From NCBI GenBank assembly GCA_002189035.1, contig CM007989.1, positions 620,001-684,000 on the forward strand: 64,000 nt of DNA, given 5' to 3'. The DNA comes from Utricularia gibba (taxonomy: Eukaryota; Plantae; Magnoliophyta). Under the pieces are notes generated by a model. That model was not told the DNA's origin, searched no databases, and worked only from the letters and a program-made list of their open reading frames with translations. The translations under genes were made by a program, and so were the position numbers. Below are positions 13,543-23,887 of this stretch, in pieces. Numbering within the stretch: position 1 is the stretch's first letter; every line of letters begins with the position of its first letter.

Positions 13543-15412
13543 ACCCCAGTGAGATCTGAATAGCCAGGGTACCAATTCTAAGGTTCTGCATCTGTCTAGG
13601 GTTTTCATTCTCATTGAACTTTTGAGATTACCCCTCAATAGCATTGTTGTTCAGAATATTGTTGTTTCCTTTCGTGTTCTTGTCATATATGTTTTTTTGC
13701 ATTTGTCAAGATTCATGATTCATATACTTCCGCTGCAATCTCCCAATTTGGTTCATGTAAGAGATTCAAGATCCAGTCTTCATATGATCTGTAATTTTTA
13801 CTAAGTTGAGGGTGCCAAGTTCAATACCGTCCCTTGAAACATTTGGGGAACTCAAGCGCACAAATGGATGCTGATCTGATTGAAATGGCTGCTATCACTG
13901 CCCTATACATCGGCTACACTTCCTCCTGATAAAGGTCATACTTATGCTCTTTACCTTTAAGCCTCTCGTTTCCCTATGTTCATGGTTTCTGAAGCATCAG
14001 TCCAAGTTAAGATTATGAATGAATGGGTATGATACTTGTTAGCTTTTCTATCTTTTCCATTCGCACCACGGACATCCCTGCAAGCATGCTGTGAGTCTTG
14101 GATAGTTAGGTTGTGGGTTTCTGTCCTGTATTATGCAATTTGACACTATGATGGACCAAAGAACGCTTTGTTCTTGGACAGCCAAGTTCTCCTTAGATTC
14201 TGGATGATCGGTTGGCTTTACCAGGGGCCGTACTCCGAACCCCTTGTGTATTCAATACCCATGATCTTGTTTCTATCTGTTGCCAAGGAATTGATTGCGC
14301 CCCTACAGAATGTGGAACTCAATTCCCTTGTCAATGGGATGAGGGTCCCTTGCTGTCATCGCGTAGGCTCCTTGAAAGCCATGTAGGAGAGATGCGGCTT
14401 GAGGAAAGTAAAAGCACTGACCGACTGTTTAGGCTTAGACACGAATGGGCCACGGGGCAGCAATCCACTAGGAGAAAAGAAAACGGGGAAAAGTGGAATG
14501 GTGGGCACCTTTTTCCCGTGAAACAAAGTAATTGTTTGGGAACGAATAAACTGGTGTAAAAGACGACAGGTATTTTCCGCATGTGTTGCTTGGAAGTATT
14601 CGTTTTTTATATCATATTGCTTTCCGCAGTGGGGAGCGCGACTAACAAAAGCAGGGAGGGGATGGTAAGTGATTGGGAATTCTTCCCACAATGTTTAAAC
14701 CGTTCATTTTTCTGCATTTTAATTATTTTGGACTATGAATATTCATGATAGAAATTAGATTAAATTTAACAAAAATACAATAGAAGCAATTTCAAAAGTG
14801 ATTTAAATTATTGATTCCGAGCAATCAAGTTTCAAAAAATTTCTTGAGCCTCAAAACCGAAATTTGGATAGAATTTCGAACTAAATTGAAAATCCAAAAT
14901 TTCTGAAAATTTTTCGAAATTTTCAGCGCGCGTCAATCAGGTGGACTCGGGGTATAGAACGCATGGCGTGCAAGCTAATACCTTGTGTTTTTTCAGTGGA
15001 TTCAGATGTTCAAAATGACTACGGCAGCCCTCTGGACGACGATGCGTTTTCTCCATGGTTTTATTCGAGGTGCGTTTTGTTGGCATGCACATGGTGGTTT
15101 TCGTGGGGCAGAAAGTGATATTTTCAAGACAAAAGTAGAATATGATGTGAAATGATGGATGCCCCAATTTTTGACGTCAAACAAAAATAAAAAACCTGAA
15201 CTGGGAGCATTTGATGACAGCGGAACTAGTAGCAACACGAAAGATAGGCACACCAAGCAAGCACCAGATGGTACCCAAAACGGCATCGTTTGGGCCACCC
15301 TCCACAACACAGACGAGCACCACACACAGGAACCCCCGCTTTATTCTATTTTATGATAATTCTAAAGTAGCAGGGAATTAGATATTGAGGATCCGAAGCC
15401 AATCTGAAGCTT

Positions 15413-15883
15413 CTAGATGGCGAGGACCACCCCGGGAACGGATTTCCCGACCCGACCCGGAAGGCTGCTCTCCCAAACGGAGGGGCAGTGCAGCGGCGAG
15501 ATCGCGCAATCGGAACTGCTAGCGTCGCCGATACGCGTGACGGTGAGGGATGTGTTGAAGTACTCCCTCACCTGAGTGATTATCCCATCCGTTGCGGTCC
15601 AGGCGTGAACCCAGGCGATGGAGCGCGGCTTATCGAATCCTTCGGCGAGGACGACGTTGCCGACGGCGGAGATGCTGTGAGGCACGAATCGGAAAGACGT
15701 TTCCTGATCTCCGGTGAGAATGCGCATCAAAAACTGGTGCGACGGGGGACCATGGAACCACCACTCGAGATCCGGAGCAATAATCTTCTGGATCGTCTCC
15801 GCGTCGCGGCTGTTCAGAGCTTCGTACACGGCGGCCACCACCGCTTTGCTGGCTTCCTCCAGCGCTTCCTGATCGATAGCCAG
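15413..15883 (-). CDS. Wound-induced protein 1 / SAG20-like (NTF2/SnoaL fold); probable CUG start at 15883, first in-frame AUG at 15727
   Basis: LEWWFHGPP, WVHAWT, ITQVREYFNTSLTV and C-terminal SVWESSLPGRVGKSVPGVVLAI match the WUN1 family. A TATA-like TATATAA lies at about 15989-15983 on the minus strand. Confidence 0.88.
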   Translation of the reverse strand: MAIDQEALEEASKAVVAAVYEALNSRDAETIQKIIAPDLEWWFHGPPSHQFLMRILTGDQETSFRFVPHSISAVGNVVLAEGFDKPRSIAWVHAWTATDGIITQVREYFNTSLTVTRIGDASSSDCAISPLHCPSVWESSLPGRVGKSVPGVVLAI

Positions 15884-17039
15884 TTCCTGACGGCGGAAAA
15901 GATGAAAACACCGGATAACGGCAAAAGGGACCGAAGGGAACAGGATGAGATACCTAATTCAATCGGCGCTGTGGGGGCCCGGTTATATAGAACGGGGAAG
16001 GGCAGTCTCGTACCTATTCCGAGGTTCCCAAGGGTAAAATGGGGAATATACCCATCCGCAACACACGTCGCCGTCTCATTCCAGCTGTTGACGCTGCTCT
16101 TCACTGACCGACCACCCGTTGAAAATTTCCGTTCCCGCCATTGGACACCCTCGCCGGCCACGGCGGCGCCAGCCGAGCAAGAACAGGCATATCTTAATTT
16201 CCATTGGGCACTTTCACGGCGGCGTTGCCCAACGGTGAACATGTGGATTTTAAAATCACCGTCTTAATAGACCGACTTTTCTAACGAGTAATAATATACA
16301 TGCATGCTTCGTTTTACGAACTAAATATTATATAAAAATTAATTTATTTACGTCATATTTAACTACAAATAAATTAAATTGTTTAAGATAAAACCAAAGT
16401 TGCAAACTAGGAAAAGTCTTCATTGTATATTTTAGGAATTCCTTTATCAATTAAAAGACATAATATGAAAATAATATATTTCTAATAAGAAACAAAAGGT
16501 GGCAACCAGCGGTTTTCGTGGCAGCTGGCAACTGAAAGGATTGGGCCCACCATTTCACCTGGGCTGATGCACAACCACGAAAGTCCGAAAACACAGAGCC
16601 ATGGTTTTTTCTATTGCTCTCAAATAGAAGATTTAGTTATTTTTTTATGGATGTAATTATTAAATGATATTAAATAATACATATTAATAATTACATCAGC
16701 ACACCGATTTATTAAAGATTATCATTTAATATCCCTTCATTTTATTCTATTTTTTATTAGTATTTTTATCTTTCATTCTTTTTTATTTATATTCAATAAT
16801 AATAATAATATAATTATTTTTTTATATACATAAAAATTATAATTGATCAATTAATACACTAATGCATGAATATTCGAGACAACAAAGAGTAGGATATGAA
16901 GAGGAGGAAGTCTAGTAATGAAAATCACAAGGAAATTCTAGACATGAACGATGCAAGGGGAAAAGAATAGCCAGCCACAAGAAGCAAAAGTAAAGCATCG
17001 TGAGACTCACAGTGGCTGCAGCAGTTGAGAAGATGTGGC

Positions 17040-19153
17040 TCAAGTCAGATCATCCTCCTCCATCTCCTTGGCTTTGAGTGCTTCTTTCACTCTCAGGAGA
17101 AGTGTAGTCCTCCAAGCATCCTACAACCAGGCGTAATGGTAAGAATGCGCTTGACTAAGTAGCATTGGGAGATGAATGAGAGAGCTGTGCAATTCCATGA
17201 GGGGGTACCAAGTGCGTCATGCTATCGTATTCTTTCACGGCGTCTGTGAATTTTGCAACGTCTTCCTCGTCAATTGCAGCTGCTATGTCCTGTGAGGATA
17301 ATGCATTTTAGCAAAAATATGCACGGGATATGCAAAGTTGAATTCATAAGAACACTTTGCATCCAAACTGAAGATAATATGACTTTCTAAACCGAAGCTT
17401 TCCTTAACAGCCCTTCAGACTTATATTTCTGATCTAGGACAAAATCTATTGCACAGTAGAACCGTAGAATTTCGACATACCGACAGCATTTTGAATTCAC
17501 GTGTACCGGAAAATGTGGGATCCAACTCCTGCAGATGAGGAACAGCACGTTTCACTGATAGGGTGACAGATTTATGTAGAGAAACTGCTTCTTAGTATTG
17601 AGAAATACCTGGTATCTCTCTAATGCATTAGATATTGCAACGTAATCATCTTTACAAAGCTGGCAGATTCCGGCATTAAGAAGGTGCCCTTTAACGCCAT
17701 ATTTCAGTAAGTTGTTATTGAGGGACTGTCGAGCTATGTCTTCAAAGATGTCAATAGACTTTTGATACCTGAGGGACAAAGGAAAAACGTCACCCAAAAA
17801 ATAAAAGCACATCCAACAGGCCTCATTTCATCAACGCATGAATGTGCGAGAGGTTGAAAGAACTAACTGTTGCAGTTGAGCCGCAAACTGTGCAACTTTT
17901 TGTCTGCACTGATTTGCAGTTGTTGTCACTTCTTCACTTTGGAACAGATCAGCAGCTTTCTCATAGTACTCAAGAGCTTGATCCAGTTTCTGTTCCTGCT
18001 CGTATAGTTCTGCTATTTCCTGCAAAGAGAATAATTAGGAAAACAAAATTGCTTTATTAATTGAGTCTAAAACCCATCTTCTTTGTAGATCAAAACACAG
18101 CATCCTGATTGAGAATCCTTTGCATGTACAGTTTTAAATGTAAGTATTGTTTTATAACCCGGATGAGTCAATGAACAACTATGCAGTTGAACAAATTCAC
18201 GATTGGAAAAAACCAAATTTGGAGTATAAAAAATTAAAGACACTTATTCCTGATCCTTTTACCTTGTAATACCTAGCCGCCATGTTAAGCCTTCCAATGT
18301 CCATAAAAATATTCACACATTGCTCAAGGCATGATATGGCCTCTGGAAAGTAACGTAGGTTAATCAATACGTGCACCTCAACTCCTTTACTCTTGAAGAG
18401 CGACAACAACTGCTAAAACAAAAACCATGGTTCTTGGAACATGGGAAAATGTTTTTAAAAAAGGTTTCTACCACTGTATTTTTGGTTCCAAAACTGAAAA
18501 ACACTGGATAAAAACAGGAAATAGTGAGAAGGAAGCCTGGAAATGATACCTTTGACGTTGATCTTTTTATAGCAATGTGCTGCATCAGCATATGCACTCG
18601 CAGCCTCGTGCTTACTCTCCATCTGGAGCCAAAATAAATGGTCAAGTCCCAAGACTTCATATCAAGCAAGTAGTACACCAAGAATTCTTACCTTAAAATG
18701 ACAATTAGCCAACTTAACATACGCTGATCCAGCCTGATCCCCTGGTAAACCAATCGAAGTATTAATTACTGGTCAGTCTAAAACGAAAACTCACAAAACA
18801 AAACGATGGCTATTAACTTCGAGGCTTTTTAATAACTAGATTCATATGCCTGCAGAGTGACTACAAAAAGATCGCGCACCTGTTCAGAACGCGATCATGA
18901 AAGAATTAAGAGCATCAACAACACAATCAAAGAAAACCCAAAAAGCACGATCATCGGCCTCATTTTATCATAGAATGAAAAATAATCAGGTCAATAAGGG
19001 CGACTTACATGATTTCCCGAGCTTGAAAGAATTGGCAGCTTTATCGAGCAAATCAGCGGCGTCTTCGTACTTGGAACCGAAGATACCCCAGCCACTGAGC
19101 TTCTTCTCAGCTTTCTTCTCGAAATCTTGGCCTCTCGCCACATGATCACCCAT
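17040..19153 (-). CDS. ASNAP: Alpha-soluble NSF attachment protein, 9 exons
   Basis: [23 protein letters not shown]...[18 protein letters not shown]...[13 protein letters not shown]...DPTFSGTRE...[15 protein letters not shown] introns. Confidence 0.96.
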
Positions 19154-19661
19154 CGCCACAGCACCTTCTTACTCAATTTGCTTCGATGTGAAGGAAAAAC
19201 GCCGAGAAAAATTCAGACGGCTTGGCGGATTGTGAAAAGGTCCTAAGGACTACTGATTTTGCTATCGCCACTCCGTGGACGCACTTTGGTTAGTCTTCGG
19301 GTTTAGAACAGACATCGAATGGGCCTGAGCTCGTTACGGCCCAACAATATTGGAAACATGCTAATCGGGATATTGTACTGCTGGCCTTGTGCTCAAGAAA
19401 ATATGGGCCTGGGCCTTGGATTGTGCGTGTGCCACGTGGTAAAGAAAACCAGCGTCCAGTACACGAATAACACGCCCCTGCTTAGCACCGACCTTCACGT
19501 GGATCTTCCATTTCCCGCCTCCCGCCTTCCGGCGGACCGTTGTGAGTGAGACTGTATTTCAACTCATTGATTTGCGAGGGATCACACTTGAATACATAGT
19601 TTTGATTTTGAATGCATTCTTCCTGCTTCTTCAGAGTTCACCTAAATGTGACTGAGAGATC

Positions 19662-21670
19662 ATGGAGGATTTGAAGAGGAAATCCTTGTCAGATATCACC
19701 AATCGTTTCAATCTGAGGCCCATTTCCGAACTCCGCAAGCTCGTAGCCTCCACATCGAAAAAACCTGCTACATCCTCTAGGCCTGGAAATTTGATTCCCC
19801 AGACGAATTCCATTTCAACGAGACAAAAACGATGTTCCCAGGTGTCGAGTACAAGTATTGGGTCGTCCGATGTTGGAAGAACGAGAAACCCAGGAATCGC
19901 ACCACTTCATGCTCACCCTGGTACGTTAGTAATTCACTGAGTCGGGCCTTGATGTTAACCGTTCGCTTACCATTATACTGTCATATTACATTTGCGTTTT
20001 GTTGTCCCAATAATTATGGTTGTTCTAGGGATTTTATGCTCTTCGGGTGCCGTCCCTGTGAAACTGTGTGTGCATTTGGAGTTTTGCCTTGGTTTCTCTG
20101 ATTTTAAACTAGTTTTGCTCATTTTATTTTGTCTTGAGTATGCATTGTGATACCTGTGACGTACATCTTATCTGAATTGAAGTGTGTTATGTAGAATTCA
20201 GTGGCCCGGATTTATCCCACATTAGATCTTTAATGAATCCACGTTTGGAGTTATGTATGGAGGGCTACTCGCTTGTGCGAGATGCATTCGATTTTTTTCG
20301 CTGCCTGGTGCACCTTGAACTTTCCTTACTGAAACAGAGAGGTGTTTAAATTTTCTGTGAGTTTTTTTTTATGAGTTATAGAATTTTGTGTAAAGTGTAC
20401 TTTTATGGATCCAACTTTTGAGAAATACATAGGTTCTGCGGGGAGCAAAAGTCCTGGATGCATCACAGGGAACTCAAGTGAGAAATCTCAGGAAGGAAGA
20501 GAAAGTGATGTTTTTGTTGTTGGTCCGCAGCCATCCGAGAGGAGGAAAGACAAAGGAAAGTTACTGCAGCATCATTTGTTTCATCATCTGTTGGGAAAAT
20601 CAAGCCTAATCAGGTTGAAAAATTAATTGCTCATTGTTCCAGTGAGAGAAAAAATGTGAAACATAAGGACATTCATGGTCGCTTAAGTGATCGTGAGCAG
20701 ACTGCAATTTCATCTACAAGCGCTGAAAAAGGAAGTAGTGTTGATTTGTCTAGTTCTGAGGCAACAAGAGTTTCTAGAAAATACCCTATCAATCTGTCTA
20801 GCTGTTCTTCTGGAAAAGTGAGTGGTAGGAAAAATGAGGCTCCTAAGTCATGTAATTTTTCGATGTTAGAAACCAAGGACATGGGAACACAATCCTTGTG
20901 TTCTATCTCTTGTCATGAGAATACAATGCGGATTCTCCAGCCTTCAAACGAAGCTGTGACAAAAAAACTTGATTCCACATCTGATGCTTTGACTGTCATG
21001 GGAAGAAAAGCCGAAAAGAGGAAGAAGAATAACAGTGCCTTGTTGTCCTTCAGCTGCCCTCCTGCAATGACCAAATCTAAAACGTAACTTGATTACTCTA
21101 TGATATTTCTTGTCAGTTCACAAATGCCAGCGAAGAATGCAATGTTTCACGTTAGCTGGCGTGTAGCTTGATATGTCTTCTTCAGCATTAATGCTCCCCG
21201 GTTTCCAATTTCATGCTAACTGGTATTTTTTTATTGGCTTTTGTGTTTCAGGAAAGATGTCACTGAATCCAAAACTGCGCCACCAAAAGCCAAAAAGGTG
21301 TTCGATTTATGGAGTTCACATGGCATGACCTTCTGTTTTTTTATCGTGATTTTTATGACTTAGAATTTCCTTAAAAGATCAAAAGGACACGAACTGTTGA
21401 TACAAGCTGTTTGAACCTATAAAACTAAGTCCTTGAAAGACCTGTATTGTATTTTTTAGTTTCTTAAAACTTGTCTTGTGTGCTTGCCAATTAAGAGTCG
21501 TCCCAGCCAACTCAGATTTTCTTGTTTGATCATGTTGACTTCGGTATGAACCTTTGCAGATGAGAGTCTCCCCAGTATTACCTCGAGATGCTTTTGAAAA
21601 GGAGATTGCATACTTCAAAGAATTGGATGCAGAAGAACTGGTAATAGAGGAAGTTTCCTCGGATGAATAA
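19662..21670 (+). CDS. Sororin-like cohesin regulator (WAPL antagonist), multi-exon; internal exon structure uncertain
   Basis: N-terminal RKSLSDITN degron-like motif, long S/K-rich disordered middle, and C-terminal exon EIAYFKELDAEELVIEEVSSDE*, which resembles the sororin C-terminal motif of plant homologues (AYFAEIDAFELPVEEVS). Confidence 0.72.
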
Positions 21671-22516
21671 GATTAGGATTGTACAGAAAATAATCATAGG
21701 GAAGAAAATGGCCTCTTAGGAGTCTTTTGTAATCAGTTCCACTTTGTCAGTGTTGACTCTTATGCTGCCTACTAATGCAAATTTTATGCATTTTGCAAAA
21801 GAACAGTGCCAATTTTGTTATAAAGGAAATTTGGTGCGGATTTAGCAAAAGAATTGCACTGTATTATTTTCATGGATATGCATTCAACAGGAAGAAAGCG
21901 ACTGATTTTATCAGGCGAAGAAACAAGGTCACTATGAGGAATGTACCTTTTCAAGCGTGGCCTTTGTGCTAACCTTCTACGGGGACAGGAATAAATGAGG
22001 AGGGACCCCTTCGCATGTTGAAGGTCTAAGTACTCTATGGACCTTTTTCTTTAGCAAATTCATTGCTGCTTCAGCTGGCATTTTAACATACTCCATTCAC
22101 ATTTGACTGCGGTTAGTAGTTATTGATGTTTATGTTCGTATTGTATGCTTGCACCTTGACAGACTCATCATGAAATTCGAGAAAACATGTGACATGAGGT
22201 TCCTGCTACAAGTGCTTCTTATGGTCTCCTTTGGTTAGCCCTAGTGTTCGCATGCTGGTGTCAGATTCGAGCTTGATTAACTTTTCATCCTAGATTTTCA
22301 TCGTGATTAGTTGGATTCTACAGTTGAAATGGTGCATGCTTTTTCCTGGTTGTTCCTTTCGGTTGGCCCAGAATTTCTGGTACCCCTATGGGTGGATGGT
22401 CACTGCCTCCCATGAAATCACATCAAGGGACCCTGAAAATTTTCTTCGTTTCCAGACACTTAAAACACCATCTCAAATTCTTCTCACTGTGCTCCAGCTA
22501 CTGAGATTTGGAAATC

Positions 22517-23557
22517 ATGGCAACCAACCATTCTGATTCCTCCTCCGGCATTCTGGAGAATCCCATCGATAAGCTGACTGATATAGGCTCCAACATGCTT
22601 TATGTGCGTGTAGCTCGCAATGTGAGTCTTTTCTGCTTGCTACTGAGTTCTCTTGCTCTTTCATGCATATTTTATGGATACAACAGTTGCCTTCGAATGT
22701 CTTGTGTCTCTTTAAGTAAAACTGAAACTTGGTCACAGCAGCACCTGGCAGATGACTTCGATACTGTGAAACTGGTGGATCAGCTGGACAGAGATCTCAT
22801 CAGAAAAGAACAGGAAGCAGTCGACCTCTTGAAACAACTGAAAGCAACCAGGAAGATTGTTCAGGTGCTCAAAGCGGATAGTTCCATGGTTTCCGGATCC
22901 CTGCTACCAGAATTGATTCGAAACTGCAACAGAGCTTCACTTGCACTTACCCTGATCCGTGGACCAGTGGAATCCCTGAACAAAAACATGAGACAATGGG
23001 AACTTCATGAGAGGAGAATGAACTCCAACACATCATCCAAACCTGCTCTACTCTGGGATGTTGAAGAACAGCAGCTGCAAAGGATGAAGGATGCCACAAG
23101 ATACGAGTTCATGAAGGCAATGCGGGAGATGGAGATCACAAAAAACAGCATAATAATGGCAGAGATGCGGCTCAACGCAGCGAAGAGGATGGAAGAAGCC
23201 GTTAAAGCAGTTGAAGCTATTGCTGTAGCAGAAAGAAGGGGTTTCAGCAGTAAATCAGATGACCTTCTTTCCTGGAAATCCGATGCCCGGGTCGTCGACA
23301 AGAACGTGATCGAGCGACAAACCTCCGATGGAGACAAGACGATTCATATGCATCCCACCAAATTGAAGCACAGGAATCCGCCGAGACACCCGCCGCGTCG
23401 ACCGGCGATCTCCATCAGCGCGATTCTGAGCAGGAAGTTGACGACCCAATACGATCAAAAGTGTAGTGTTCATCAAAGCAACGGGCGAGGGGCTGTCGAG
23501 AAGCAGCAGGTGCCTCAAAAGAGGAACAAGACTACGGGCACCGTATTTAGGGAATAA
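22517..23557 (+). CDS. WEB-family (DUF827-like) coiled-coil protein, divergent
   Basis: Coiled-coil LDRDLIRKEQEAVDLLKQLKATRKIVQVLK and AEMRLNAAKRMEEAVKAVEAIAVAE resemble short WEB proteins. The N-terminal part is atypical and may contain a retained intron. Confidence 0.62.
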   Translation: MATNHSDSSSGILENPIDKLTDIGSNMLYVRVARNVSLFCLLLSSLALSCIFYGYNSCLRMSCVSLSKTETWSQQHLADDFDTVKLVDQLDRDLIRKEQEAVDLLKQLKATRKIVQVLKADSSMVSGSLLPELIRNCNRASLALTLIRGPVESLNKNMRQWELHERRMNSNTSSKPALLWDVEEQQLQRMKDATRYEFMKAMREMEITKNSIIMAEMRLNAAKRMEEAVKAVEAIAVAERRGFSSKSDDLLSWKSDARVVDKNVIERQTSDGDKTIHMHPTKLKHRNPPRHPPRRPAISISAILSRKLTTQYDQKCSVHQSNGRGAVEKQQVPQKRNKTTGTVFRE

Positions 23558-23780
23558 GTTACATGTGATAATTATTAATTAAATATTACGAAATTTGACG
23601 CTGCCTTGTCCATGTTATCTCCAATAAGAATTTATGGTTTTTTTTTTTTTTGAATTGATTCAATAATTTTTTAAAAAGTTATAAATATTATTAATATTGA
23701 GTTTTGTTTGCTCAATTTATATTATTAATATTAATTGTTATATATATATATATGTATATATTGCCTCTTATTTCCAAAAA

Positions 23781-23840
23781 TGGGCCCGAGGCGTGGCGTG
23801 AGGCCCATTAGTCTAAACCCTAACCCTTGTTCTCTATAAA
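23781..23840 (+). promoter_or_regulatory. RPL21 promoter: two site II elements, telo-box and TATA
   Basis: TGGGCC at 23781, AGGCCCA at 23801, AAACCCTAA at 23815-23823 and TATAAA at 23835-23840. Confidence 0.8.
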
Positions 23841-23887
23841 GTTGGCCATATAGGATTCTTCTCGATACGTAGGAAGAGTGCAACGGG

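Noticed and set aside
15488-16267. 259-aa + strand ORF and 142-aa - strand ORF overlapping the WUN1-like gene
   Set aside because: Shadow ORFs in GC-rich sequence with no motifs; they lie antisense or off-frame to a clear conserved gene.
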